Position numbers and translations under genes: made by a program
Notes under the pieces: model-generated
What the model saw: only the letters and a program-made list of their open reading frames with translations
The model's database searches: none
Told to the model about the DNA's origin: nothing
IMG/VR virus record: IMGVR_UViG_3300027747_000005
Coordinates: 1-61,865 of that record
Reading direction: 5' to 3' (one strand)
DNA: 61,865 nucleotides
Origin: a virus
Taxonomy: Duplodnaviria; Caudoviricetes
Part shown: one piece after another, positions 9,679 to 19,451 of the stretch
How positions within the stretch are numbered: the stretch's first letter is position 1
Layout: each line of letters opens with the position of its first letter

Positions 9679-10037
9679 TAAGTGATTGCCTCATAGGAGA
9701 CAAACAACGTGAGCGTGTTGGCGGTCGAAGCTGTTTGCTCAAAAATTAAGATATCCCCAGGCTCCAAATACAACGCATCGTCCATGGTCGTTACGTTAAA
9801 TAGATTCTTTGCGTTGACGGTTACGCCAGAGTTGAGTGGGTACATCGTCGCACCGCGATATATCTGCACAGTAAACGTCTGCGCCGCCGACGTTTGATTG
9901 GATACGTAAATCGTTCGCAATCGTATAGTAGTGTTGGCGGGACAAGTCAGAACTCCCGTAGTGCCGGACGTTACCGGCTTGTGCATTAAGAGGCGCGCTT
10001 CGACTCGCGACGGCCTTGCAAGATCGGGAAGTGGCAC
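9678..10037 (-). CDS. Small beta-sandwich fibre adaptor, paralog 4
   Basis: IYVSN...TFTVQIY...VTVNAK...LYLEPGD; same pattern as 10274, 12919 and 15078. Confidence 0.65.
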   Translation of the reverse strand: MPLPDLARPSRVEARLLMHKPVTSGTTGVLTCPANTTIRLRTIYVSNQTSAAQTFTVQIYRGATMYPLNSGVTVNAKNLFNVTTMDDALYLEPGDILIFEQTASTANTLTLFVSYEAIT

Positions 10038-10040
10038 GGT

Positions 10041-10277
10041 CTAGCTCCAGTTGTACGGAAGTGTGTCATGGAAATAACCAGGCAGTACGAGTCCCGAAGC
10101 TGCTGGTATAGCTTCAGTCAAGCCATCTAAATCGCGTACGCCTGACCACAGAGGAACAAACGTCCTGTCTCCCAATACGCCGTCATCGTCCGGCGCTTTG
10201 TCCGTTGAGAAAGCGCCGCTGCGGCTCCCCGCATTGACGAAATTGACACCGTCCTTGAGATTCGTTCCGCGGCTCAT
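10041..10277 (-). CDS. Small hypothetical fibre-module protein
   Basis: ATGA-coupled to paralog 3. Confidence 0.5.
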   Translation of the reverse strand: MSRGTNLKDGVNFVNAGSRSGAFSTDKAPDDDGVLGDRTFVPLWSGVRDLDGLTEAIPAASGLVLPGYFHDTLPYNWS

Positions 10278-10645
10278 GCGAACTCCTTCCAGAATGCCGT
10301 GACGGCCAGAGCGCCAGCAACGCTTGCCGTAGCATAAATCGACTGCGCTTCTTTCAGATTCACGCCGTTGCTCTTAGAGATGACCACCAACGTGGACTTG
10401 GCAGGAACCGTGATGGTATTTGCGATGCGGTACGCTGTGCCGGTGTTAGTGGCCGCGGCGTATATAGTGATTGTGATGTCGGCGTTAGCAGCGCTTGTGT
10501 TTGCAACTAGAATGGAGTCAAACAAAAACACTTTGCTACTGGAAGCAGCATTGGCGATGATAAGCGTGTCCGTGGATGTGCCCAACGACAGGAGCGCGTT
10601 GTTCGCAAAACAGGACGACGGTGCGTTAATGTTTGGATTTGCCAT
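10274..10645 (-). CDS. Small beta-sandwich fibre adaptor, paralog 3
   Basis: MANPNI...NAASSSKVFL...ITVPAKSTLVV...LKEAQSIY; closely similar to 15078..15452. Confidence 0.75.
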   Translation of the reverse strand: MANPNINAPSSCFANNALLSLGTSTDTLIIANAASSSKVFLFDSILVANTSAANADITITIYAAATNTGTAYRIANTITVPAKSTLVVISKSNGVNLKEAQSIYATASVAGALAVTAFWKEFA

Positions 10646-10652
10646 TTGGAAT

Positions 10653-11717
10653 TCAGCTGAGTGCAAATATGGTCCCGAGCGTCGGACCACCGGATGAGTT
10701 GGAAGAGTTGATTGTGACAGCACCCGTAAGCCCGTTCACGCTTGTCACGGGACCATACTTAGCGGCTTCCGTTGCGAAGTCTGTGATTGTTGACGCGGCC
10801 TGCGTGTGTGCAGTCGGCGTGCGGGCATCCGATAATCTGGAGTCACTTGTCAGGACAACATTGGCGGAAAGACGCGAGTCAGCAAGCGTGCCAGAAACTA
10901 TGTCTGTGGCGGCATGAGTGTGCGCAGTTGGCGTGCGAGCATCTGATAGGCGCGCGTCGTTGCCTTGGCAGAATGAGCCAGAAGTGGTTCCGAAAGCGCC
11001 CGTCGTCAGGACACCGCTAGCGCCGGTCAGGACAGGCAAGCCGGATGTGGAGCCGATGGCCCCGCCATTGGTGATGTTCCCGTGCGCGTGTGAAGTCGGC
11101 GTGCGAGCGTCAGACAGCCGAGAGTCAGACGAGACAACGACCGCGGTGCCTCCAACCGTAAGGCTATTGGAAAAGTTGCTGGCCGTTGGCGTAATCGTAA
11201 ACGCCAAGCCCTGCACGGAACCGTCGCACACGTACATCTCTAGCTGGGTTCGCAGGGCCGCATCGCCCGCAGAAGGCGTTTGAGTGCATACGGATCGAAT
11301 TAACCCCGCTGCTGCCGCGGCACCTGTGGTCGTAACGCTGTGCCACGCGATAGCGCCAAGCGTGTCATTCGTCTGAACGATTGTTGGGCTGGCTGTGCTT
11401 CCGCGAGTGCGTTTAAACCGCAGCGCCGGATTGCCAGCAGAGTCCGCATTGCGCTGAATGGTGACGGCGGCATTTGTGTTGTCGCCTATTACCTGCACGC
11501 TGCCGTCGGGTGCCGCGGGGCCAACTACTGGCTTAACGGTCAGCACACCCGTCATTGTGCTATCGGTGGCCGGGAGGGCGGCAAAATTATCCACGCCCCC
11601 ATCCGCCGTGCGGTAGTACAGCTTGCCGTCTGCCTGGTTAATGGCGATCTCGCCATCCTCCAACGAGGCAGGAGTCTGACCGGCCGTATTGCTGCGTTTC
11701 AGGCGTGGAGGGGGCAT
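10653..11717 (-). CDS. Tail fibre protein with Mtd_N-like anchor and DARTPTAH repeats
   Basis: N-terminal LKRS..AG..P..L..GEIAIN.ADGKLYY; three DxRLSDARTPTxH units. Confidence 0.8.
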   Translation of the reverse strand: MPPPRLKRSNTAGQTPASLEDGEIAINQADGKLYYRTADGGVDNFAALPATDSTMTGVLTVKPVVGPAAPDGSVQVIGDNTNAAVTIQRNADSAGNPALRFKRTRGSTASPTIVQTNDTLGAIAWHSVTTTGAAAAAGLIRSVCTQTPSAGDAALRTQLEMYVCDGSVQGLAFTITPTASNFSNSLTVGGTAVVVSSDSRLSDARTPTSHAHGNITNGGAIGSTSGLPVLTGASGVLTTGAFGTTSGSFCQGNDARLSDARTPTAHTHAATDIVSGTLADSRLSANVVLTSDSRLSDARTPTAHTQAASTITDFATEAAKYGPVTSVNGLTGAVTINSSNSSGGPTLGTIFALS

Positions 11718-11737
11718 GTAAGTCCTATGAAATGGGC

Positions 11738-11753
11738 CTATAAGCTATTGTCC
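11738..11753 (-). promoter_or_regulatory. Candidate late promoter motif GGACAATAGCTTATAG
   Basis: Intergenic, upstream of 11717; matches copies at 19452, 27583, 28143, 30704 and 44787. Confidence 0.6.
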
Positions 11754-11777
11754 GCTCAGTCGGCAACTGGCCCCAAA

Positions 11778-12077
11778 CTAGATCCCAGCCGCCTCCGCCC
11801 ACGCGCCAGTCTCCCCATCTAGCGTCCATCCCTCTCCTGGGCTTGGTGGGATAAATCCCTGCAAGTCATCTCGCCAGACAAAACCAATCCCAGCGTAATT
11901 CAGCCGAAACTTTCCGTTGTATGACGTTTGCTTCCAGCGCCTGTGCCCAGTGATCGACTCCATGAGGTCAACGCCTCTCTCTTCAACCTCAACGCCGTCA
12001 GCACGCAGCACCTCATTGGCGACCACTGCTACAGATGTGACGACATTGTTCTCGTCCAACTCGGCGAAGTGTGCCAT
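11778..12077 (-). CDS. MAHFAELD-type small protein (possible fibre chaperone)
   Basis: MAHFAELDENNVV...WKQTSYN..FR.NYAGIG; this type typically follows glycine-rich tip genes in aquatic phages. Confidence 0.65.
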   Translation of the reverse strand: MAHFAELDENNVVTSVAVVANEVLRADGVEVEERGVDLMESITGHRRWKQTSYNGKFRLNYAGIGFVWRDDLQGFIPPSPGEGWTLDGETGAWAEAAGI

Positions 12078-12922
12078 TAGAAGGTGATACTCCCCGATCC
12101 GGTGAATGTGTAAACGTAATCGCTGCCAACTGGGGTGACCGTTGGCGAGCCTGTGGTTGAAATTGCTGGCGAAGGACTGCGGATGATGACAACGCCGCTG
12201 CCCCCATTTCCTCCCGCACCGCCGCCGCCGCCGCGATTCGCGGCACCCTGCGAGGCGGCTTGATTTGATGGCGATGTGTTTCGACCACTGCCGCCGCCGT
12301 CTGTTGCAGTGCCACCCGTGGCAGACAGGTAGTTCGCGCCGCTGCCGCCGCCGCAGTAACCTAATGAACTGCCTGTTATGTTGCTGCTGACACCCGACCC
12401 GCCATTTCCGGCGGCAGACGTTGTTGCGCTGCCTCCGGCACCCCCGGCACCACCACCGCCTCCGGTCGCATAGACACCGCCTGCGTATCCATAACCTCCG
12501 TTAAAGCCTTGAGTACCTTGCGAACCAAATCCAAACGCCGCAGACCCATATGATCCGCCGCCGCTCGCGCCGGAACCACCAGCAGGAGTGCCGTCTCCAC
12601 CTCCTCCAAACCCGCCGCCAATTGCCGTTAGGCCGAGAGCAGTTGTTGATGTTCCTGTTGTTCCGGGTGTTGAGGAGCTTGCGCCGTAGGCATAGGCAAG
12701 AGTGCCACCGCCGCCGACAACGAACGAATAGGTCACGCCAACGACCGCTGGGAATGTGCCGGTAAGAAATCCGCCAGCCCCGCCAGCCCCACCGCGAGGG
12801 CCAGCCCCACCACTGCCGCCACCACCAGCAATTAGGTACTGCACAGCAATGCGAGACGGCCAAATTGCCGACGACAGCGCAGCACCTCGCAGCGATGTCC
12901 CGCTAGTCAGTCGCCTGCTCAT
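12077..12922 (-). CDS. Glycine-rich fibre tip protein
   Basis: YLIAGGGGSGG...GGSGVVIIR...YTFTGSGSITF. Confidence 0.8.
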   Translation of the reverse strand: MSRRLTSGTSLRGAALSSAIWPSRIAVQYLIAGGGGSGGAGPRGGAGGAGGFLTGTFPAVVGVTYSFVVGGGGTLAYAYGASSSTPGTTGTSTTALGLTAIGGGFGGGGDGTPAGGSGASGGGSYGSAAFGFGSQGTQGFNGGYGYAGGVYATGGGGGAGGAGGSATTSAAGNGGSGVSSNITGSSLGYCGGGSGANYLSATGGTATDGGGSGRNTSPSNQAASQGAANRGGGGGAGGNGGSGVVIIRSPSPAISTTGSPTVTPVGSDYVYTFTGSGSITF

Positions 12923-13248
12923 GTGATCTCCACTCCAAACGCGCCGAACGACAGAGTGGATGAGCTTGCGTAGACGCTGATCACATCTGTTGCAGCGAGA
13001 GTTATCCCGAGAGTGAGAGTGATTGTGTCGTTGGCCGGAATCGCCGAGTCGTACACCAGATAGTGCTGCGCCGCCACCGTCGCACCCGCAGGCCGAATGG
13101 CGACTCTATACGTTGCTGACGTTGCGGCTTGGTTGCATATCGACAATGTCGAAACGATGGTGCTGGTAGACGCCGCCACCGTGTACAGCGTCGTCAGCGT
13201 CGTAGCTGATGGGTTGAGTTGTCCAAGAACCTTATGTGTCTGTGGCAT
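12919..13248 (-). CDS. Small beta-sandwich fibre adaptor, paralog 2
   Basis: KVLGQ..P.ATT.TTLYTV...LSICN...IPANDT...LAATDVISVY...FGVEI. Confidence 0.75.
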   Translation of the reverse strand: MPQTHKVLGQLNPSATTLTTLYTVAASTSTIVSTLSICNQAATSATYRVAIRPAGATVAAQHYLVYDSAIPANDTITLTLGITLAATDVISVYASSSTLSFGAFGVEIT

Positions 13249-13249
13249 C

Positions 13250-13528
13250 TCAGCCTCCCATCAATAGAAACGGATGAATCGGGATGAAATCTAGGCGGGC
13301 CTGCAAGAGCGTCCCGCTTGTGATGTCGCTTGCCGCGTGCGAGTGGCTTGTCGCAGCCGCACCAATGGCTGCGGGAGTAATCGGATCGCCGCCGCTTGAA
13401 CCGTGCGACGACGCATGCGCTGCGACGTTGGTTGTCAACTCCCACGCATAGCCGCTCCATGTGTATGTGCGGCCATTTTGAACGGATAGTTGACCGACTG
13501 TCGGTGATGCTGGGAGGGAGAGTGCCAT
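13250..13528 (-). CDS. Short fibre stalk/anchor protein ending HPFLLMGG
   Basis: P.SPT.GQ...YTWSG..W N-terminus and HxHAASDITSG fibre repeat. Confidence 0.7.
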   Translation of the reverse strand: MALSLPASPTVGQLSVQNGRTYTWSGYAWELTTNVAAHASSHGSSGGDPITPAAIGAAATSHSHAASDITSGTLLQARLDFIPIHPFLLMGG

Positions 13529-13580
13529 GGTTAAAAGCTAGTGAACTCCTCTGCCGGGACGGTGACGGTTTCGTTGTCTG

Positions 13581-14063
13581 TCACTGCAACGACTCCCACA
13601 ATGAGATGTCTGCCGCGTAGATTTCACGCACGCGAGCCTCCTGCTCTGGCGTGAGGATCGGCTTGTCGGCCTCGTTTGTGGCGTCCTCCAACGGCAGCGG
13701 CGTCGGCAGGCCAAGCCATTCGGCAGCAGCGTCAAATTGATCCTCAAAACGAAAGTGGCGAGCAAACTCACCTTGCGGCAGTGGTCTGTATAGTGGGCCG
13801 CTGAGATGCTCCTCTAAGGCCCGAGACGGCATGTGCGCGCATGCCGATCGAAAGCGTTCGATTGGATTTCTGACAATTATCCCAAGACCTTTCTGATCAA
13901 CAAAAATCTCAGTTGGCAATACGCTGGCTGGGTGTGCATTTTCTGGCACCTCAATAGAGGGATACCAAGCCGCGACGGCTGCGCGTGCAAGCGAATGACT
14001 CCCGCTCCTAGGCGTTAGCAGGATTGCATTTCCGTTAATTGGTGATCGAACAATGTCGCTCAA
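13581..14063 (-). CDS. Sulfotransferase-like protein
   Basis: LTPRSGSHSL (5'-PSB-like) and IVRNPIERFRSA (3'-PB-like) motifs, C-terminal VREIYAAD. TTG start after a GGAG/GAGG RBS. Confidence 0.65.
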   Translation of the reverse strand: MSDIVRSPINGNAILLTPRSGSHSLARAAVAAWYPSIEVPENAHPASVLPTEIFVDQKGLGIIVRNPIERFRSACAHMPSRALEEHLSGPLYRPLPQGEFARHFRFEDQFDAAAEWLGLPTPLPLEDATNEADKPILTPEQEARVREIYAADISLWESLQ

Positions 14064-14076
14064 GGCAACCTCACTC

Positions 14077-15078
14077 CTAAGAGAAATACAGAACCACAGC
14101 ACCAGCACCAGCAACGGGACTATTTGGGTCTGTTCCGCAGCCTGCGCCATATCCGCCGTTGGCTGTTATCGTTCTCGGGTCGTACTTACTGCGACCGCCA
14201 GACCCAAACGCTGGCGTTGCTCCGCAGTCCTCCGTTGTTTTCCCACCAGCGAGAGCGACTGCTGCTTTTAGTCCAGACACATCTGTCATCTGGACTCTGC
14301 CACATGATGCCGTCGTTCCGTTGCCACCCACGGCCCCGCCGCGATTGTTTTGACCGGCTCCACCGTTCGCACCGCCATCACCTCCTGAGTAACTTCCACC
14401 AGCACTGAACGCAGAAGCACCCAATCCTCTGATTGTCACGCCGCCATATGTAACAGTTGTGTCAGTATGAACGCTCCCTGTGGTTGTCGGAGCAGGCCCA
14501 GTGCTGTAACCGACCGTTGCTCCGCCAGAAACTGACCACGTTTTGTAGGCAACACCGCCAGCGTTCTGGTATATGTTGCCCGCCCCCACCGCCCACGCCT
14601 TCATCGTTGTCGCTCCGCTTGGCACCGTGTAACTGGTGCCGCTGGTGAGCAGAACGGCCATCGCCGCAAAGCTGGCCGGTGTGACGCTGGAACTTGCCGA
14701 CGAATATGGCCCCGTTCCCAAAGATGTAACGGCAGCAACTCTGAATATGTAGCTTGTCCCAGAAGTCAAACCCGTCACTGTCGCGCTGGCCGAGGACGAC
14801 GCGGAGTGCGAGAACGTAGACCAATTACTTCCGCTATCGCTGGAATACTGCACAATGTAATCAGTGACCTCATACCCGCCGTTGGATGCTGGTGCAGTCC
14901 AAGTCAACGCGACGCTGCCAGAAGAATTGCTTCCCGTCACGCCCGTAGGCGCACCGGGGAGCGCAGGCCAGACGCCTGAACGCTTGTATGCCTCTGCCTC
15001 GCGGGGCGTCCAAATGCCGCTCGCCGCCGACTGCGTTGGCGTGACGCTTGCGCCGATAATCCCGCCGCGTGGACGCAT
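14077..15078 (-). CDS. Fibre tip protein with FN3 and glycine-rich domains
   Basis: ASGIW motif, FN3 (LTWTAP...DYIVQYS...VTGLTSGTSYIFRVAAV) and Gly-rich C-terminus. Confidence 0.8.
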   Translation of the reverse strand: MRPRGGIIGASVTPTQSAASGIWTPREAEAYKRSGVWPALPGAPTGVTGSNSSGSVALTWTAPASNGGYEVTDYIVQYSSDSGSNWSTFSHSASSSASATVTGLTSGTSYIFRVAAVTSLGTGPYSSASSSVTPASFAAMAVLLTSGTSYTVPSGATTMKAWAVGAGNIYQNAGGVAYKTWSVSGGATVGYSTGPAPTTTGSVHTDTTVTYGGVTIRGLGASAFSAGGSYSGGDGGANGGAGQNNRGGAVGGNGTTASCGRVQMTDVSGLKAAVALAGGKTTEDCGATPAFGSGGRSKYDPRTITANGGYGAGCGTDPNSPVAGAGAVVLYFS

Positions 15079-15452
15079 TAGGAGAGTTCCTTCCAGCTTG
15101 CGTTCACTTTGAGCTTTGACGCCGTGCCCGCCGTGACATAAATGCTCTGAGCCTCAAGCAGAGATATGCCCTGCGCCTTATCCACAACGATTAAGGCCGC
15201 GTTCGCGGGTACGCTGACCGTAGAGGCCAATTCGTATGCCGTGCCCGAGTTGTCGGCGGTTCGATAGAGCGTCACAGTCACTGTCACGGCGTTAGAAGTA
15301 TCGATGTTTGCCACAGTGATTCCGTCAAGCAAGAAAACCTTGCCAGATGAAGCCGCGTTGCTGACAAGCTGAGTCGCAGCTGTCGCCGTCAAGGACAAGG
15401 AAGCGTTGTTGTAATAGACGTTCTGAGCCGTCCCTGCATTTGGATTTGCCAT
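15078..15452 (-). CDS. Small beta-sandwich fibre adaptor, paralog 1
   Basis: MANPN...NAASSGKVFL...SVPANAALIVVDK...LLEAQSIY. Confidence 0.75.
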   Translation of the reverse strand: MANPNAGTAQNVYYNNASLSLTATAATQLVSNAASSGKVFLLDGITVANIDTSNAVTVTVTLYRTADNSGTAYELASTVSVPANAALIVVDKAQGISLLEAQSIYVTAGTASKLKVNASWKELS

Positions 15453-15456
15453 ATCA

Positions 15457-15798
15457 CTAAACTCCAAAAACGATTGAGCGAATGACAGGGTTCATCCCAG
15501 TCACACCACCGAGAGGGCCAATCTCTATGTAAGCCGCACCCGTCCAGCGATAGACTCGCCCCGTGTCAGTCGCAATCACCAACTGAGCCGCACTGCCAGT
15601 GGCAGGGAAATTTGCAGTCGTTGCGTACTCGTAGATTTCAGTTGCGCCACCACTTCCGGTAGCCAGTGCCGTCACAACGCCAGACGAGTTCCGATAGAAC
15701 AGCTTGCCATCGGCCTCGTTGATTGCGATCTGCCCAGTGGACAGCGAGGACGGCGTGTTACCGGCGGTAGTAGATCGAAGTATCCTGACAGTTGCCAA
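15457..15798 (-). CDS. Mtd_N-like fibre anchor protein ending SIVFGV
   Basis: ILRS..AG..PSSL..GQIAINEADGKLFY. Confidence 0.7.
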   Translation of the reverse strand: MATVRILRSTTAGNTPSSLSTGQIAINEADGKLFYRNSSGVVTALATGSGGATEIYEYATTANFPATGSAAQLVIATDTGRVYRWTGAAYIEIGPLGGVTGMNPVIRSIVFGV

Positions 15799-16572
15799 CT
15801 AAAATGAACCCCCATCGATATCAGAACTGGGCGCGAGATAATCGGTTCCGGCAACTGCCGCCGAATACGCGGAGCCGTTTCCTTTGAGAAGGCCAGAGAC
15901 AGCCGATGTCAGTCCCGTCCCGCCATAGCCAACTGCTACAGCCGTACCCTGCCAGACACCCGTGGAAAGCGTCCCTACGCTTGTCAGGCTGGACGCTGTC
16001 ACGCCGGACCCGAGAGTGGTAGCCGACAGAACATTCGTACCGGCGATCTTGTAGGTCTTCCCGGTGAGGATGTTGAAGTTCTCGCTGCTCGTCCAAGAAG
16101 ATGAGGCAGAAACCCAATTCAGCGTGTAGTCCGCGGTGCCGTGCAACGTGATGCCGCCACCGTCTGCCGCAGCATCGGTTGTCGAACCCTTGGCCAGTTC
16201 GATGTTTTTATCGGCTACGGAGATGGTGGTTGACGAGATGGTGGTTGTGGTTCCGTTGACCACAAGGTTGCCGCCGACAGTCACGTTGCCGCTAAATGAA
16301 GCGCCCGAGAGCAGGGCATAGTTCGCCAGTTGCGTCGATACCGCAGAAGCCACGCCGGACGAGATTGAACTGTCTACATAGGAGGTGGTCGCAAACGCGC
16401 CCGAACCACCAATGGCGATGATGCTAGTAGCCGTGCCGCCCGCGCCGCCGGTGCCGGTTCCATAGTACAACACGTTTGACTGCTCATTGAAGCAGAGTTC
16501 CGCGTTGGCCAGACTGCTTGGGGCACCAGCGCCGCCGCCGCTTGCCCGCCGTTTGATACGAAGTGTTGCCAT
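15799..16572 (-). CDS. Fibre protein with Mtd_N-like anchor
   Basis: LRIKRR...APSSL..AEL; GNLVVNGTTTT...DKNIEL...ADGGGI; ends DGGSF. Confidence 0.75.
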   Translation of the reverse strand: MATLRIKRRASGGGAGAPSSLANAELCFNEQSNVLYYGTGTGGAGGTATSIIAIGGSGAFATTSYVDSSISSGVASAVSTQLANYALLSGASFSGNVTVGGNLVVNGTTTTISSTTISVADKNIELAKGSTTDAAADGGGITLHGTADYTLNWVSASSSWTSSENFNILTGKTYKIAGTNVLSATTLGSGVTASSLTSVGTLSTGVWQGTAVAVGYGGTGLTSAVSGLLKGNGSAYSAAVAGTDYLAPSSDIDGGSF

Positions 16573-16929
16573 TTAAAAATTACCCCCGTCTAAAAGTTGT
16601 GTCTCCGAATAATTGCGCCACTTACCGTTTGACCAGCGCAGCACATCCCCCGTCTTTATGTCGGTCATCTCCACATCACTGGAGGATGGAAGAGAGAACC
16701 GCAAAGAATTCAGTAGGTACGGCAGGTTGCTCCACCTCGTTACGCCGTCACCAATTTTGATTGCACCCGAGCCAAAGGCGGGATCGGAGTAGCTGAACGT
16801 GTCCGTGGATGTTTCCGTACCGGACGGCACATCACGCTCATAGCCAATCTCTCCTGCCTCTAGGATTGGATTTGCAGCCGCCCACTCTGCGGCGGTTCCA
16901 CGCCGAAACTGGACGAGCTTGTAGCTCAC
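16573..16929 (-). CDS. Major tropism determinant N-terminal (Mtd_N)-like protein
   Basis: QFRRGTAAEW..ANPIL..GEIGYE.D...KIGDG.T.W..LPY; ends DGGNF. Confidence 0.8.
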   Translation of the reverse strand: MSYKLVQFRRGTAAEWAAANPILEAGEIGYERDVPSGTETSTDTFSYSDPAFGSGAIKIGDGVTRWSNLPYLLNSLRFSLPSSSDVEMTDIKTGDVLRWSNGKWRNYSETQLLDGGNF

Positions 16930-17459
16930 ACATCCCTCCCTTTGACGCGGTAGGCATGCTTCTCAATGACCTTCTCTCGCAGATCCGCAGTCTTCGCAGA
17001 CGGGTTGAGCTTCTTGGCCTTGGCTACTTCCTCCCGCACAATCGACTCACTGATCAGCTTGCGCTTGGGGGCATCCACGCCCGGGTCGTAGTTCACAGTT
17101 CCGCTCACGGCTAGGCGGCGCTTGTGGGCGACTTTGAGGATGTCGTCATTGTTGGACACCCAGGCTTCGGGATCACGCCAGCCGCGGTTGTCGGCAATGC
17201 CGCCGACATAGTGCTTGCCCGAGATGTTGATGCCTGCCCGCTTAGCCTCCGCGGCCACGTACCTTGCCTGCCGGACGGGCATGCCGTCCAGCTGCTGGTT
17301 GTTCATGCGGCCCTCCATGAACGCACGGTCGGTGCCGGACGTTCCAGGTGGAGTCTGCGTTGCGACCATAGCGGCCCACTTCTCGCCGTATGGCAGGGCA
17401 CGCTTGTAGGCGGCGACGGCTTCGGGACCGGCGCGTTTAACTTCAACTGGGATTTGCAT
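16926..17459 (-). CDS. Hypothetical protein downstream of portal
   Basis: Coupled ORF; start MQIPVEVK chosen because it overlaps the end of the portal gene. Confidence 0.55.
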   Translation of the reverse strand: MQIPVEVKRAGPEAVAAYKRALPYGEKWAAMVATQTPPGTSGTDRAFMEGRMNNQQLDGMPVRQARYVAAEAKRAGINISGKHYVGGIADNRGWRDPEAWVSNNDDILKVAHKRRLAVSGTVNYDPGVDAPKRKLISESIVREEVAKAKKLNPSAKTADLREKVIEKHAYRVKGRDV

Positions 17460-19443
17460 TGGGCGGTCCTGGGGGTGGGCCTTGCGGGGGACCAGGCGGC
17501 GGGCCTGGAGGAGGGGGTGGGGGAGGCGGCACCATGTACCGTGCGACATCCACGTTCATCGCCTTGCCCCAGTCTTCCAAGAGCGAGTTGAACAGTTCTG
17601 GGCGACCGGCTTGCAGCAAGCCCTGACTGATCGGTGCAAGGATCTGCATCGCATTGGTGATGTTCTCAATGCGGGTGGCGTTGTTGGGCTTCTTCACAGA
17701 CCCAGCCTCAACGCGGTACGAATACTCGCGCACCACAGACTCTGGGTCTTCGCCCTGAACGTGCATCTGCCACGCCTGTGCAGCCATCGGCCCCAAGAGA
17801 GGCGCAACGTCCTGCGGGCCAATCAACCAGCGAGCAAGGAGAGCTTCCTTGCGTGCGACAAGAGACAGAGCGTCTTCCAAAATATTTGCATAGTCATCCG
17901 GCCTGACCGAAATTTGCTCAGCCTTCACCTGCGCTTCTGCAGCTGACCGGAACTGATTGCGGGTCATGCCATAAATTAGCTCTGTCAAACCGACGCGCCT
18001 GTCAAACAGCGCGGTGACCTCGGAGATAATCTGATACATGTCCGATGTGACACCAGGCATCTGGAAGACAGAGATCACATCGTTGACCGACCGGCCGATG
18101 GCTTCAGAAATCTCTACGATCTTAAAGCCACCCTCGTCCTTCTCCAAAATCTTGGCTTTTATATCTGGGTCGGCTGACTTCGCTACACCAATCAGCACCT
18201 GCGAACTGGTCGCAATGCGCGTGGCGAGGAAACTCATTGCCCAGTTAATAAATCGAAGCTCTCCGATACCTGGGCGAATGATGCTGATAGGCCAGCTGTA
18301 CCCGGGCTTGCCGTGCCACACCAGCGGAGTGAACGGCCAGCCATTCGGTTCTGCCCAGAAAGGGATAGGCCACTGCGCCGCCATAAACATCGACTGCGGG
18401 ACACCCGTCTCGTCCACTTCTTCCTGCAGCATCTGCTCTGGCATGTTCAACGGGAAGTCAATGCCATCCGCCACAACGATGTAGCAGTTTGGGCCAAACG
18501 CATCGAACTTGCCGCGGAGGTCTTTGTCGGCGTTCTTGAGCCGGTCACCAAACCCCGTCTTGGAATAGATTTCCCAATAGACGATGAGGTCGTTGGTCTT
18601 CCCCATCTTCTTCTTGTACTCAAACCCGCGCTCGTTGTTGTCGCCGCGAGACGAGTAGCTTTCCATGTGACCCTTCAGATCATCACGGGACAGACCAAAC
18701 TTTGCGGCTACCTCATCCAACGGCTGGACGCGCTTGCGAGCGGCCCAGCGAATGTCTTCAAACTCGTCCGCATCGGGATCCCAGACGAGGTTGTCGATAG
18801 AGTCGTAGAAGCTCCCAGCCATCTTCAGCTGCGATCCAGGCGGCGAATAAAGCTCATGCCACCAGACACCAGCGCCCTTAATGAACGCTTCCTCAACCAC
18901 CTTCCGAGAATGCTTCTTCAGGTCTAGCTCGTTGGGCGTGTAGTTCAGATAGTCTTCTAGGAGCCGGGAGACGAGCTTACGCCGCTCCAGAAGCATCTGC
19001 TGATTCTGCAAGCCCTGCTGGTACATCTGCATGCCCGGGTCTGGCATCATCACCGGCTGGCCATCCGGTCCAATGATCGGCTGACCGTCCGGCCCCATTG
19101 CCGGTACGGGGGGCTGGGGCTGGATGCCAAGGAGCGCAGGCCCAATGATCGGGTACTCCTTGGGGGTCACCGCGCGGTTTGGGTTCCGGTGGTGGATGAC
19201 CGCGGTAAAGAGACGCACGGCCTCCCACACGCGGTTGACCTGCATGCGGAACGCCGGGGGTGTCATGCCCTTGTTGTAGCCCCGCTCCCCGCGGGCATAC
19301 CCATCTTTCCACATGAAATCCGGGTCGCCCGCAAAGAAGTTCATCGCCTCGTCAGCGTCCTCTGTGAACGGACGCTTGTGGGCAGTCGCCTGCTTAATGC
19401 ACTCTAACCAGCGCGACACTATCGGACGAAGCGGTTTATCCAT
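17443..19443 (-). CDS. Portal protein
   Basis: 666 aa after the terminase; A..FF.G, VN, helical core, YRVEAGS and Pro-rich tail, as in P22-like portals. Confidence 0.8.
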   Translation of the reverse strand: MDKPLRPIVSRWLECIKQATAHKRPFTEDADEAMNFFAGDPDFMWKDGYARGERGYNKGMTPPAFRMQVNRVWEAVRLFTAVIHHRNPNRAVTPKEYPIIGPALLGIQPQPPVPAMGPDGQPIIGPDGQPVMMPDPGMQMYQQGLQNQQMLLERRKLVSRLLEDYLNYTPNELDLKKHSRKVVEEAFIKGAGVWWHELYSPPGSQLKMAGSFYDSIDNLVWDPDADEFEDIRWAARKRVQPLDEVAAKFGLSRDDLKGHMESYSSRGDNNERGFEYKKKMGKTNDLIVYWEIYSKTGFGDRLKNADKDLRGKFDAFGPNCYIVVADGIDFPLNMPEQMLQEEVDETGVPQSMFMAAQWPIPFWAEPNGWPFTPLVWHGKPGYSWPISIIRPGIGELRFINWAMSFLATRIATSSQVLIGVAKSADPDIKAKILEKDEGGFKIVEISEAIGRSVNDVISVFQMPGVTSDMYQIISEVTALFDRRVGLTELIYGMTRNQFRSAAEAQVKAEQISVRPDDYANILEDALSLVARKEALLARWLIGPQDVAPLLGPMAAQAWQMHVQGEDPESVVREYSYRVEAGSVKKPNNATRIENITNAMQILAPISQGLLQAGRPELFNSLLEDWGKAMNVDVARYMVPPPPPPPPGPPPGPPQGPPPGPPNANPS

Positions 19444-19451
19444 GGAGACTC

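Noticed and set aside
13531-13546. Further late-promoter copies (GTTCACTAGCTTTTAA here; GGACACTGATC at about 47081)
   Set aside because: Only partial matches; cannot be separated from chance without a scored motif search.
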